DNA of 64,000 bases from Massalongia carnosa (Eukaryota), in assembly GCA_965645245.1 (NCBI GenBank), contig OZ287085.1:1116001-1180000 (forward strand), given 5' to 3'. Below are positions 1-11,464 of the stretch, piece by piece; within the stretch, counting starts at the first letter, position 1, and each line of letters starts with the position of its first letter. A program made the translations under genes and the position numbers. The notes beneath the pieces are model-generated. The model worked only from the letters and a program-made list of their open reading frames with translations, searched no databases and was not told the origin of the DNA.

Positions 1-1923
1 CAGCAGAATACCTCTGGTGTAACTAGCCCATGCTGAGTAGTGTTCCGAGTTCTCTAGAAGGTGAGGCTTCTCTGTAGAACTGTTGATGTCAGGAAGAGAC
101 ATGATGAAGTCAGATGAAGAGAGTCAGATGAAGATGAAGAAGAGGTCTCTAGTAAACTTCTGTAGATTGAAAGGTATCTAAGTTTCTGAGATTGGTGCAG
201 GAGTAGGATGTGCACTGGAATGAATGGAGGAGATTGGGAATATGTAATCTAGTTATAGACAAAACATTTCCTTTCCTTTGTCATCAAACTGTGATGTTCC
301 TTTCTTTGCCACAACGCTTGTACCCGCATGAAAGAACTCTCTTCAGATGGTGAAACTTTCACTTGGTGGTGTGGAGATAGGCTGTCGGAACCACGGTCCG
401 ACCGTTCCATTTAATAGGCCGGGCCTGTTAAATGGAATAAGGTTTTTTCCGGATTCCGAATTTCCCGATTGAGGCGTTCTGCTTAATTGAAGTCTGATTA
501 CTCCATCTGTATACGCGTAGACTAGTCAGAAAGTCTGTTGATGAATGATGCAGCAAGGATCAAACCTTGGAACTGAATTTCCGAAGTCTGTCTCTGGATC
601 AAAGTATGTTGAGTGGTGATGCAGCAAAAGTCAGAATGAAGTCTGCCCTTGGGTCAACGTCAGTCATTTGATGATTCAGCAGAAATCGGACCCTGAAAGA
701 TATTTTAGATGGTCGGTCTCTGGGTCAAAGTAAGTTGAGTGGTGATGCAGCAAAAGTCAGAATGAAGTCTGCCCTTGGGTCAACGTCAGTCAATTGATGA
801 TTCAGCAGAAATCAGAGTTTCATGAGTGGTCAAGGCCGCGCTGCGCGGTTTTTGAACAAAACTCAGTGAAAAGGTCTGTTCCTGGGTCAAAGTCAAATGA
901 ATGATGATGCAGCAGAGGTCAATCGTTGGAACTGGTCCACTGGAGTTCTGTCTCTGGGTCAAAGTCAAATGAATGATGATGCAGCAGAGGTCACTCATTG
1001 GAACTGGTCCACTGGAGTTCTGTCTCTGGGTCAAAGTCAAATGAATAATGATGCAGCAGAGGTCACTCATTGGAACTGGTCCACTGGAGTCTGTCTCTGG
1101 GTCAATGTCAAATGAGTGATGATGCAGCAGAGGTCAAACCTTGGAGCTAGTCCACTGGAGTCTGCCTCTGGGTCAAAAGTCAAATGGATGGTGATGCAGC
1201 AGAGGTCAAACAATGGAATTGGTCCACTGGAGTCTGCCTCTGGGTCAACGTCATCCTCCGGAGTGCCTCTCAGATATTCGGGCATGAGAGCATTCTGATG
1301 GTCTGATATGAAGAGAATGTCTTCTGATGCTTGTAGTCTGGCAAAGAGCCTCTCTGCTTATAATGTAGATGATTTCCATGCTCTTTCTGATAACCCTTTG
1401 TAGGTAGGGAACGCTGGATCAGGTGGCGTTGTTGTTAAACGTCTCTATCTGATTGAGAGGTTGTCATGATGTGCTTTCACGAAGCTGTTCAACTAGCTAG
1501 ACTTGCGGGTGCGAATCCCGCCTGATTCAGGTCTGTAAACAAGTAGAGATTTAGTCTTTGCATTGTCCATCTAGTTCTTTTCGAGAAACGATAATGATGC
1601 TCAGCTAATGATTTTGCATCGTGATGCTGCGGATAAGAATTGCTTCGATTCCTGTATGATCGATAGCGCCCTTCCGGGCTCATAACCTGTTGAATAGGTC
1701 TATGACTATGGCTATATGACTATGTAAAGATAGGGGCCTGTATGACCATGATGTTAAGGATGCAGAGTTGCTACGGAGTGCAGAGCAATCTGTTCCCTTT
1801 ATATTGGTCACCTCTGCTAAGCGAGATGATAATAGTTTATCCGAGCCTCTATGCGATTAGATTAGATCTGATTTTATCTAATCTATCGACTAGGCAATGC
1901 TGGTAGAAGTTGAACATTCAACA
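1..1923 (-). mobile_element. Non-autonomous copia-type LTR element, 5' part (continues beyond window start)
   Basis: LTR 1688-1923 has 8-bp inverted ends (TGTTGAAT...ATTCAACA). On the minus strand it is followed immediately by GGTTATGAGCCC (1676-1687), the half-tRNA-iMet PBS of Ty5/copia. No gag or pol motifs are visible in 1-1675, which holds a tandem array instead. Confidence 0.7.
875..1250. repeat. 72-bp tandem repeat, about 5 good copies, with degenerate partial copies at about 525-815
   Basis: GATGCAGCAGAGGTCA recurs at 906, 978, 1050, 1121 and 1193 (period 71-72). Overlapping ORFs show 24-aa periodicity. Confidence 0.9.
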
Positions 1924-2020
1924 TATACATTTTTATTTATTACATAGCCTTATATGCATAGTTATATACCTATCCCAACAAAACTCACAGTATAGATTTA
2001 TTTAAAGTAAAGTAAATTTA

Positions 2021-3379
2021 CGCCGTACTAGGTTCGGGTAAAAAGTACTGACGGATTAAGCGAGAAAATTAAAATCGATCTTTTAATCACCTCCACAATC
2101 AAAAATACTAAACCTTCATTTCAACACAATGATTTCTACAAGTGATATTGAAGTCAGATGTATGTGTGAAGTAGTTGATCTGAAAATTTGAAGCATATTT
2201 TACACTCAATATTTGGTGGAAAAACCATGATTTTTAATCACAGCCCGACAACAATCTCGCATCGTGTTGATCCATTTTAAATCCTTATTTTCCACAACCA
2301 ACCCGTTCCATTCGTTCGTTTCTGCTATGAATATGTCTTTTGCATTCGTGACTAAACGAGGATATCGTTTGATCTTCTGCTTGCAGCCCCTCCACATGTA
2401 CTCGATGGGATTAAGATCAGGACTTGAAGGGGGCCAGGTCATGACCTCTATCTGATGTTGTCGTAGCCACAAACGAGCCTCTTTGGAATCCTGAATGCTC
2501 GCATTGTCTTGCATGAAGATTGGAAGGTGGCCTTGTGCTTTGAAAGCTTCGTACCAAGGAAAAAGGCATGGTTCCAAGATCTGATTGATGTAATCAGTTG
2601 TGGTGATCGAGTCTTTCAAGAGGTCTTTATTTTTTCCCCTCTTTATCTTCTTCAAAGTCATCTTAAACTCCACCAATTCGCTTACCTGCTGTCCACATAT
2701 GCCTCCCAAAACCATGACTGACTGTCGACCCGAGTGCTTAAAGCTATTCAGACAACCAGGACAATACTTTTCCCCCGACCTTCGGGTAACGAACTGACGA
2801 GCTCTCTGTCCCGTTTCAAACGTGCTCTCATCGGTAAAAATAATACGCAACCAGTCTTCTTCTTGCCAAGACATATGCTCTAGTGCCCATTTGAGACGCT
2901 TGTGACGATTGATCTAGGAAACCAGGGGCTTAGGACAGGCTACACAGCGACGAAAGCCTGCTTTTCGAAGCGCCTTTCGAATAGTCGACATTGAAGCTTG
3001 AAGTCCAAGATCTTTGGCTATCTTCATGTAGGATGCTTGTCTACCTTCTTTAGAACTCCTCACTGTACGCATAAGATGTCGCACGTCTCTGGGGTTGAGT
3101 TTGACAGGTCGTCCCGAGCGAGCATATGCATCGTGCTGATGCTCTCTAGATTTGATCTATCTCTGCATAGTTGGTGTGGGTACACCAGTTGCTCTAAATA
3201 TTTGAGCAGCTGGCATATGACTGTCATGATATAGATTTAGTACTCGCTGACGTGTGGGAGTTTCCCATTCGGAATTGAGCTGATGGGATGGGTGATTCAC
3301 GATGATAATGTAGAGAAGATGAGGGGAAAAATGCAAAATAAGCGAAAATCCGTCAATACTTTTCGCGTTAACCTCGTAC
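2021..3379 (-). mobile_element. Tc1/mariner DNA transposon (DD34E), degenerate
   Basis: TA at 2019-2020, then TIR CGCCGTACTAGGTTCGGGTAAAAAGTACTGACGGATT, matched imperfectly in inverted orientation at about 3347-3379. A transposase lies between them. Confidence 0.85.
2206..3312 (-). pseudogene. Tc1-family transposase pseudogene
   Basis: One reading frame with an HTH region (RSGRP) and catalytic motifs FTDES, MQDNAS and WPPSSPDLNPIE. It is broken by two in-frame TAG codons (about 3157 and 2914). The start is approximate. Confidence 0.85.
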
Positions 3380-4360
3380 AACGTGTTGGGTTAAACCCGT
3401 CGGGTTACCCAATCCGTCGAGTTTGGGTCGGGTAAGACTTCCTCGAACCCGACCCGACGGGTTCGGGTTTATTATGCGGGTTTCCGGGTTAAACCGTTCA
3501 ACCCGGTCAGTTTTTTCTGCAAATTAAATATGAAAATTCGACGAAAATATAACGTTTAAAGTGATAAAATTTTTGCTTACTAATTAAAATTTCTTGATGA
3601 CTAATTTCAGAAATTTTTGTCACGGTTCAACCACATCTACCCAAGGCCAATCAATAGAAAGTACGGCATCTGCCGGCGTACTAACCGCTTCCGTTACTCA
3701 ACCCTTTTAGCAGTCATAGGGGCAATCAATGGAGGTATGAAAGGACTGAAAGGGACGCATCGGAACGACCTTTTAAAGCAATCAAAATTGGATGAAAGAG
3801 ACAAAGGGTGGAGAAACTGTTTGACCAAACTATTCACTTATTGATGAAGAGACAAGCAGCTGGTGTTATGGTTAAGGTATTATAGTATTATGACTATAGT
3901 CGTAGCTCCCTTTATGGGAAGTCTCAATTGAGACTAGCGTATTTTAAGTTTATATAGGTGAGTAGACTTGCTCATTTAATGAAAATCTTTTAACACTCGT
4001 ATAATCTTGCCTAGACGCAACAGCTGGATCGGGCCAAGCGATTATCTATATAGACTCCTAGAGAAGGCACCCTTTGCTTATTTCCTTTCTGTATATTTGA
4101 TATTTTCTAGTGCATAGCTTCCCAGTAGATAGTCAAGTCCACATCCTGGTTGAACCGTCACAATTTTCAGAAGTTTCAAATATGGTTAAAACGTCTAATA
4201 AACACGTTTAAAAATAACATAAAAAATCGACTGGGTCGAACGGGCCAAACGAGTTAACCCGGGAACGGTTCCCCAACCTACCGGGTTGAGCCCTACAGGT
4301 TACCCAACCCGGTAGCAGGTCGGGTTCGACTGGTTAAAACCCGACCCAACCCGACCCGTT
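3380..4360. mobile_element. Non-autonomous TIR element with ACCCG/CGGGT subterminal repeats (hAT-like/MITE, class uncertain)
   Basis: Imperfect inverted ends AACGTGTTGGGTT...AACCCGACCCGTT, dense ACCCGACCC/GGGTCGGGT clusters at 3385-3510 and 4230-4360, AT-rich interior with no recognisable ORF. Confidence 0.55.
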
Positions 4361-5798
4361 GCGCGGCGTAATTAAATTCATATAAAAATTACCGTCATAA
4401 TCTAAGGTTGCATATACTTGTTGAATAAATAATCTTCTGCCTCGATTAGCTGTCTCCATACGAGGTGTACCACCCCTATTCGGGGAAAGCGGTCTGCGTA
4501 GGCAAGCGGTCTGCGTAGTTTCAATTGCAGGATTTTTCTGGATTTGCCCATTTTACCACCTATTTTGCAGCTTTTTGCAACACTTCTCGACCGCAACCTA
4601 CGACCGTTAGCTGTTATTATTTATACTACAGATAGATATCAACTGCATATCCTATCTACTTATTGATTAACCGGGATATTTACCTTTATTCAATCGCGAG
4701 CGTATCAGTTGCATGCCTCCTATTTCGTCAATCACTCTCTTCCTATTTAATAAACCCCTCCCAATCTCAGTCATGAATAGCAGCAGCATAATAAATAAGA
4801 ACCTTATTAAAACCAGTGATTCTATTGCAACGCGTGTGCAAAATGCAAAGGAGTTTTATTAGAAAACCCCAAGGAGAGCATCGTTTGCGCTGCTCGAATC
4901 TTCAACCTCGTCGACATCACTCTATACAGTTCAATTGAACGTGAAAAGACGCCGCCGAAGAAAATTGAAGGGTAGAACAAAATACTGGAAGAGTATCAGG
5001 TCAGAGTCATTCACGAATTTATTCGGTCTCTGATTGCGTATGGTATTCAACCTACTCAAAAAGTGGTTTTTGCTGCCATTAAGACTCTGAAACGTGCTCA
5101 AGATACCGAATTCAATAAGTCAGATGTAAGATTATAGTTTGATCGATATCAGCGTGTTCTTGCAGAGTTGGGGATAACTCATTCACAAGATATCTGTAAC
5201 TTTGACGAAGCAGGATTTCGAGTTGAATGTATAAAGGGTTATGAAATTCTAGTTCCAGCAGATATTAAGGAGTTCTATTCAATCAGTCCAGAAATTCGCA
5301 AACCTCTCATCATAATCGAAATCATCAATGCCGCCGGTTATCAACCACCTTCTCCCGTTTTAATCATGCAAGGTCGTAGAATAATGCAGAACTGGTGTCA
5401 GGGTCCTGGCCTGACCCGACATGCTCTGGTGGTCACGGGACAGCGTGACTCGCCTAAGCAGTAGCGCGCGTCGCTTGACTGGCTAGCGCACCCACGGTAG
5501 ATTATGTTTAGGAGTTCAGCGATGATTATTCTTTTCTTTCCTTCCTTGTAGTTAAATTCTAGTTCATAGCTACTGAATAATATCAGGGCAAGCTGCCTGA
5601 CATAATTTAAGTACCTTTAATGCTTATTAGTACTCTTCCAGTCTTCTAGAACTTTCAGCACATTTAGAAAGGGACAACGACCTGCTCCTTTAGCTTTCCA
5701 GAACGACCACTCGTGAGAATTCGAGCTGGTCCTCTCTCCAGAACCTTTAGAACTTCCAGAATCGAAAGACAGAGCTCTTTCACCTCCAGAACACAGTC

Positions 5799-7403
5799 AT
5801 GAGTTCGAAAACTCCCCTGACTGCTCGAAAGGCCGGCGCTCCTCGCGAAGACGCTCAAGCAGGCCCTGCTTTTAACACTCGCGCCCGTTCCATGTCCCGT
5901 CATTCGGCTCGCTCTGATAGTATGCCATGGACGTTCGAAGACTCCGATCTTACACCCGGTGAGCAGATGGGAGACGAGACAGAATGCACACTAGAAAAGA
6001 CCCCGAAGGCTGGGTCAGGAAATGAGAAGGAAGGGGCTCGCGAGATTGACATCTCGGAACATCCATACTACGAACGAGAAACTCGGAAACATCCCGCACG
6101 ATACAAAATTCGCAACCTAGAAGACTTCCGAAATGCCGTCCTAGACGAGAACGAAGGTCCTCGTTGGTATGAGTTTTTGTCTAGAGCAATTCCCTATAAC
6201 AAAACACTGTACGAAAAAAGCTTCGGGCTTCATGAGAAGCTTATCAAGAGCAAGAAGCATTTAGAACAATATAAGCAGATTAATGACCGTTTCGCTGACG
6301 AAAAGGATGAAGACGAACGCCAAATCCTTCTTGCTCAGGAAGAGCTTTCGCATAAAGAAATTGAGTTGGAAGAAGCCCTCCAGGCCCAACAGGACTTACA
6401 GAAAGAGAAGGAGAATCTTGAACGACGGCTAGCAGCTCCCGACTCCTCTCGTGGCCAACGGGAGGACACTGCTACAACCCAGAGCACCACTATAAATCCC
6501 CAGAACTGGCGTCCACGTGGCATTCACCCCAGCAAGCCTCTGAAAGGCGAAGACGCTGAGGAATATAGTCCTTGGCAATACTCACTCCGAAACAAGCTTA
6601 AGACCGATTCTCCGCTTTACGCCAACGAGGGCGAAAAGGTCAGTTATGCTCTATCGCAAATGGAAGCGCCTATCTTTGGGGCTATGCACTCCTGGGTCGT
6701 CGACATGGGCGACTCTCTCACCATTGACGCTCTGTTCGACGAGATCGAACATTATATGGGCATACATCTCCAGAGTCGAGATGCCAAGAAAGAACTCATC
6801 ACCATCACAATGAAAAGTGGTGAAAGTGTAAGCGAGTACTATCATCGAATTTTTAAGCTTTGGCAAAAGGCCAAAACCCCCATCGACGAGAGGATAGAGA
6901 AGTTTCTTGTAACATTGAAGCCAAGCATCTCTAATTCACTGATGGGTTTAGTTTTCACCGACTTTCGTCCCTTGCTCGACGAAGCTAGGAGAATCGAAGA
7001 TCGACGCAAGGATGTCGCTCACTACTTTCCTCGGCCAGAGAAGTCTGGTCCGTCAAAGAACTCTGGTCGCGAAGGCAAGTCCTCGAGTGGACAAACCTCC
7101 ATTTCCGATTCTCGTCAATCGAGTGCAAAAGAGAAGAAGTCGGGTGATCATCCAAACTCCAAGTTCAGCGCCACGATAGTCAAACCCGCTGGTTGGATAG
7201 GGGTTTGGTACGATCCTGACCCCAACCCCAAAAAGTTGGAGAAGGAAGAGCGAGAGACATTGTCGCGTCAGGGACGCTGTTGGGCATGTCGGGGGTCAGG
7301 TCATCGAGGAAACGACTCGATCTGCCCTCAATTTAAAGAAAAGAAGCTTAACACTACAAGAATTGTTGAGATAGACTCTGACTCCGAGTCGGGAAAAGCT
7401 TAG
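5799..7403 (+). CDS. gag: Gag (Gypsy-A)
   Basis: 534-aa ORF after the 5' LTR with a coiled coil, a capsid-like region (MKSGESVSEYYHRIF) and a Zn knuckle CWACRGSGHRGNDSIC. Confidence 0.92.
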   Translation: MSSKTPLTARKAGAPREDAQAGPAFNTRARSMSRHSARSDSMPWTFEDSDLTPGEQMGDETECTLEKTPKAGSGNEKEGAREIDISEHPYYERETRKHPARYKIRNLEDFRNAVLDENEGPRWYEFLSRAIPYNKTLYEKSFGLHEKLIKSKKHLEQYKQINDRFADEKDEDERQILLAQEELSHKEIELEEALQAQQDLQKEKENLERRLAAPDSSRGQREDTATTQSTTINPQNWRPRGIHPSKPLKGEDAEEYSPWQYSLRNKLKTDSPLYANEGEKVSYALSQMEAPIFGAMHSWVVDMGDSLTIDALFDEIEHYMGIHLQSRDAKKELITITMKSGESVSEYYHRIFKLWQKAKTPIDERIEKFLVTLKPSISNSLMGLVFTDFRPLLDEARRIEDRRKDVAHYFPRPEKSGPSKNSGREGKSSSGQTSISDSRQSSAKEKKSGDHPNSKFSATIVKPAGWIGVWYDPDPNPKKLEKEERETLSRQGRCWACRGSGHRGNDSICPQFKEKKLNTTRIVEIDSDSESGKA

Positions 7404-10400
7404 TCCTTGATCAAAATCGCGATCAAGGACGTCTTAAGAAAGATGTCATTTGTGAAATTGGTAGCGCTGAAATGAAGACAGTAAGGGTCTCTAGTTGTGC
7501 TGTTCTCGATACTGAAAAGAAGATCGAGGGCAAGCATCTAGTATTTAAAACTAGCATAGCTGGAATTAAAACTCGTTTACTTGTTGATAATGGAAGTGAG
7601 GCTGAGCTCATTGATGAATCCTTCGCGCGTGTAAATAAACTGAACACCTCCAAATTAGAAACGGGGGTTAAACTGACCCTTGGAAACGGAGAGGTTGCCC
7701 AACTTCTCACGAGGACCGCCCTAGTCGACGTCAAAATCGGGGATCATCAAGAACAAGTCCTTTGCTATTTAGCAAAACTGGACGTGTACGCGGTTATTCT
7801 AGGAGATGGATGGCTACAAACTCACAACCCCAGCATTGACTGGAAAGAGCGAATTATGAAGTTTAACTCTGCCGATTGCTTGGAAATGGGATGCCTTTCG
7901 CGTGGAATAACCTGCACCGAATTTGCTGTTGGAAGTAGGGCAAAGAATAGGATCGGAACAAAAGACGATATCGAAGTCCTTCCGGTCAATGCGAAACATT
8001 TCTTTCGGATGGTTAGGAAGAAAGATCACGAGGGATACTTATGGACTCCCCGAGAACATAAGACCTTCTGTGCCACAACCACTGGGGCCGTCACCTCAAA
8101 GGATTACGACAAGTTTATGAAAGGCAAACCCGAGTACTCCCGCGAAGAATTGTTGAAGAAAATTCCCTCAGAGTATCATAGCATGATAGAAGTCTTTATG
8201 AAGCATAAAGCTGACGAACTACCGGAACATCGTAAGGAGGATCACGAGATCAACCTCATGGACGGAAAAGAACCCCCTTATGTCAGGAACTATAAGCCTA
8301 TGTCAGAACAGGAGTTGGAAGCTGTCAAGAAGTATATTGACGAACATATGGGAAAGGGATTCATTCGTCCCAGTTCGTCGACAGCAGCTGCTCCAGTCCT
8401 TCTAGTTCGAAAACCAGGTGGTGGACTGAGATTTTGTGTGGACTATCGAGCCTTGAATGCCATCACAGTAAAGAATCGATATCCTATTCCCCTAATTAAC
8501 GAGACGCTCGGAAAACTCTCGCAGGCAAAACGCTTCACGAAACTAGACGTTATTACGGCATTCAATCGTCTTCGAGTAAAAGAAGGACATGGATGGCTTA
8601 CCGCTTTTAACACAAGATATGGCCAGTTCGAATATCTGGTCATGCCTTTCGGTTTATGCAATGCTCCAGGGACTTTTGAGAGTTATATAAATAATTCGGT
8701 TCGGGAATATTTAGACGTCTTTTGTACTGCTTATCTGGATGACGTCTTGATCTACAGTGATAATGAGGAAGAACATTCAGATCACGTCTTGAAGGTTCTT
8801 AAACGCTTGGGGGAACGAGGACTCCAAGTTGACATTGACAAATGTGAATTCTCGGTGACTAAAGTAAAGTACCTCGGACTTATAGTCACCACTGAAGGAA
8901 TACAAATGGATTCCGAGAAGATTGAAGCGATTTTGAAATGTGAAACTCCGGAGTCCGTGAAGGGCGTGCAAGCTTTTTTAGGCTTTGCAAACTTCTATCG
9001 ACGATTCATATCAAAGTTCTCTCAGCGTACAAGGTCTCTGACGGAATTAACAAAAGGAGAACAAATAACGACCAAGTCGGGCAAGAAGAGAACCCGATAT
9101 AACGTGTTCACCTGGACCGAAGATTGTAAAAAAGCTTTCGAAGATTTGAAAGAGGCCTTCACTACTGCACCAGTGTTAGCGCACTATGATCCTTCTCTAG
9201 AGACATGGATAGAAATAGACTCTTCGGATTTCGTCACTGCCGGAGTCTTATCTCAGATGCATGACGGAGTGCTCAAACCGGTAGCATATTTCTCCAAGAA
9301 GATGACACCGGCCGAATGTAATTACATGATATATGATAAGGAACTCCTCGCTATCATAAAGAGCTTCGAGGTCTGGCGGCCCGAGGCAGCAAGTGCTGCG
9401 CCTGACCAGCCAATCAAAGTTTATACTGATCATAAAAACCTGGAACACTTTATGACGACAAAGCAACTGAACCGCAGACAAGCCCGATGGGCTGAATTCC
9501 TTTCGGAGTTCAATTTCAAAATCATGTATCGACCGGGCAGACAAGGCGAAAAGCCGGACACACTTACTCGACGTTCTCAAGATCTTCTAAAAGGGTTTGA
9601 TGACTCTCGACAACAACATCAATTCCAGACATTGCTACAGGAGCATCAACTAGACGATGACGTAAAGAAGGCTTTATCAGTGATCTTCTGTGCAAACACA
9701 AGAACAAATGACACTGACGAAGAAGCTGAGGAACCCCAGGCCATCGAGGACGATGAAGAGGCTCAGGGTCAGATTTTAAATGAAAATCCGGTGAAAGAAC
9801 TAGGCGACGATTCGGAAGAAGATCCATCAGCGAAACCTCTAGAAGAACTAATTGAAGAAGCTTATGAAAAAGATGAAGTAGTTCAAGACATAATCGCTGC
9901 CAAAACACGAGAACTTCGCAAGCTTCCATCGCATCTTATAAAGAAAGGGATCAAATTAGCCATGGGAGATCTCAAAGTGAAAGATGAAAGACTATATGTC
10001 AAAGATAGGCTGTATGTCCCAGATCATGAACCCCTTCAATTATGCCTGTTGCAGAAACATCACGAACCTCCTCTGCAAGGACACCCGGGATATAAAAGCA
10101 TGTATCAGTCACTGATGGAAAACTACTTCTGGTTCGACATGAAGGATCACTGCAAAAGATACGCAGTGAACTGCTCCATTTGTCGAAGGTCAAAATCATA
10201 CAATGTCAAGACACAGGGCTTACTGAATCCTCTACCCATACCGAACAGAAAATGGACAGACGTCTCTTTAGATTTTGTGGAGTTTTTGCCGGAATGTCGG
10301 CGAAGGAATAGAGTGTATCAACACATATTAGTGATAGTAGACCGTCTAACAAAAAGACGATTATATGAACCGCTTACGTCACTCTCCACCGACGAATTAA

Positions 10401-11464
10401 TGGACGCCATGTCTCGACGACTCTTCTCCTCGTATGGCTTTCCATTGTCAACGGTAAAAGATCGAGGCAGTCAGCTGACTGCTCATCTGTGGAAAAGAAT
10501 TTGTGAAAGATACGGAGTAAAGATAAAGTTCTCTTCAGCGCATCATCCAGAAACGGATGGTCAAACTGAGAATGCAAATAAAGTAATGAAGAACTACCTT
10601 CGATCATACATCAATTATGCTCAGGACAACTGGGTCGACTATCTTTCAGATGCCGAGTTCGCCGTCAACAATCATGTTAACGTTTCGACAGGAATGACAC
10701 CATTTTTCGCAGATCACGGCTTTCATCCTCGTTCGGGAATAGAGCCACCAGGAACATATGAAGAAAAGGGAAAAGCCGAGATACTTCATGCTGACAAAAT
10801 AGTCGCTCGCCAGGAAGCAATGCGAGAATGGTTAAGAAATCAGCTAACATGGGCCCAGGAAGAACAAACACGACATGCTAACAAAGATCGTCAACCGCAC
10901 CCAGAATACAAAGTGGGCGATTTAGTGTACGTTAATGCTAAACATTTCGCATCAGAGCGTCCAAGTCGTTCCCTCGGGTTTAAAAACGTTGGTCCCTGGA
11001 AAATTGTTAGGATAATCGATAACAAGGCATATGAGCTTGACATACCACAGCATTTAAAGAATGTGGGACTCACCCCAATATTTCATCCATGGAAGTTGCA
11101 TCTCGCTCCGTCCAATCCGTTCCCAGGGCAAGTACTGCCTCCCGGCCCACCTGTCTTGATCACCGAGAACGATAAGGAGGCGACACATGAAGAGTGGGAA
11201 ATCTCAGAGATAGTGGACTGTCGAGAGACAAGGAAATTTGGGGTACAGTATAAGGCTACATATATTGGAAATTGGGACGAATGGAACGCTGACCCACCTT
11301 GGCAACCATGGACCGACTTCAGAAAGTCTATCGAAAAGGTTCTGCAATATCATAGAGAACATCCTCGAAAACCGAAGGCGCCAGAGGACCTCACAGGGAT
11401 GGATCAGACGATCGATAACGTCAGACCATCTACGGAAACCGTAGATGGACCCGATGAGGCTTAG
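7391..11464 (+). CDS. pol: Pol (PR-RT-RNase H-IN-chromodomain) of Gypsy-A, in the -1 frame to gag
   Basis: Protease LVDNGSE, RT LRFCVDYR and YLDD, RNase H DSSD/YTDH, integrase HHCC and DD35E, GPW, chromodomain EEWEISEIVDCR. The frame is open from the slippery site at 7391, and the first ATG is at 7472. Confidence 0.96.
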   Translation, partial: GKSLVLDQNRDQGRLKKDVICEIGSAEMKTVRVSSCAVLDTEKKIEGKHLVFKTSIAGIKTRLLVDNGSEAELIDESFARVNKLNTSKLETGVKLTLGNGEVAQLLTRTALVDVKIGDHQEQVLCYLAKLDVYAVILGDGWLQTHNPSIDWKERIMKFNSADCLEMGCLSRGITCTEFAVGSRAKNRIGTKDDIEVLPVNAKHFFRMVRKKDHEGYLWTPREHKTFCATTTGAVTSKDYDKFMKGKPEYSREELLKKIPSEYHSMIEVFMKHKADELPEHRKEDHEINLMDGKEPPYVRNYKPMSEQELEAVKKYIDEHMGKGFIRPSSSTAAAPVLLVRKPGGGLRFCVDYRALNAITVKNRYPIPLINETLGKLSQAKRFTKLDVITAFNRLRVKEGHGWLTAFNTRYGQFEYLVMPFGLCNAPGTFESYINNSVREYLDVFCTAYLDDVLIYSDNEEEHSDHVLKVLKRLGERGLQVDIDKCEFSVTKVKYLGLIVTTEGIQMDSEKIEAILKCETPESVKGVQAFLGFANFYRRFISKFSQRTRSLTELTKGEQITTKSGKKRTRYNVFTWTEDCKKAFEDLKEAFTTAPVLAHYDPSLETWIEIDSSDFVTAGVLSQMHDGVLKPVAYFSKKMTPAECNYMIYDKELLAIIKSFEVWRPEAASAAPDQPIKVYTDHKNLEHFMTTKQLNRRQARWAEFLSEFNFKIMYRPGRQGEKPDTLTRRSQDLLKGFDDSRQQHQFQTLLQEHQLDDDVKKALSVIFCANTRTNDTDEEAEEPQAIEDDEEAQGQILNENPVKELGDDSEEDPSAKPLEELIEEAYEKDEVVQDIIAAKTRELRKLPSHLIKKGIKLAMGDLKVKDERLYVKDRLYVPDHEPLQLCLLQKHHEPPLQGHPGYKSMYQSLMENYFWFDMKDHCKRYAVNCSICRRSKSYNVKTQGLLNPLPIPNRKWTDVSLDFVEFLPECRRRNRVYQHILVIVDRLTKRRLYEPLTSLSTDELMDAMSRRLFSSYGFPLSTVKDRGSQLTAHLWKRICERYGVKIKFSSAHHPETDGQTENANKVMKNYLRSYINYAQDNWVDYLSDAEFAVNNHVNVSTGMTPFFADHGFHPRSGIEPPGTYEEKGKAEILHADKIVARQEAMREWLRNQLTWAQEEQTRHANKDRQPHPEYKVGDLVYVNAKHFASERPSRSLGFKNVGPWKIVRIIDNKAYELDIPQHLKNVGLTPIFHPWKLHLAPSNPFPGQVLPPGPPVLITENDKEATHEEWEISEIVDCRETRKFGVQYKATYIGNWDEWNADPPWQPWTDFRKSIEKVLQYHREHPRKPKAPEDLTGMDQTIDNVRPSTETVDGPDEA

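Noticed and set aside
786..1298. Small Cys-rich repeat proteins in the ORF track
   Set aside because: These frames are by-products of the 72-bp array on both strands, and unit indels shift the frame.
1924..1980. Alternative LTR end at CCCAACA (1980)
   Set aside because: The end at 1923 gives an 8-bp inverted match to the other terminus, against 5 bp at 1980.
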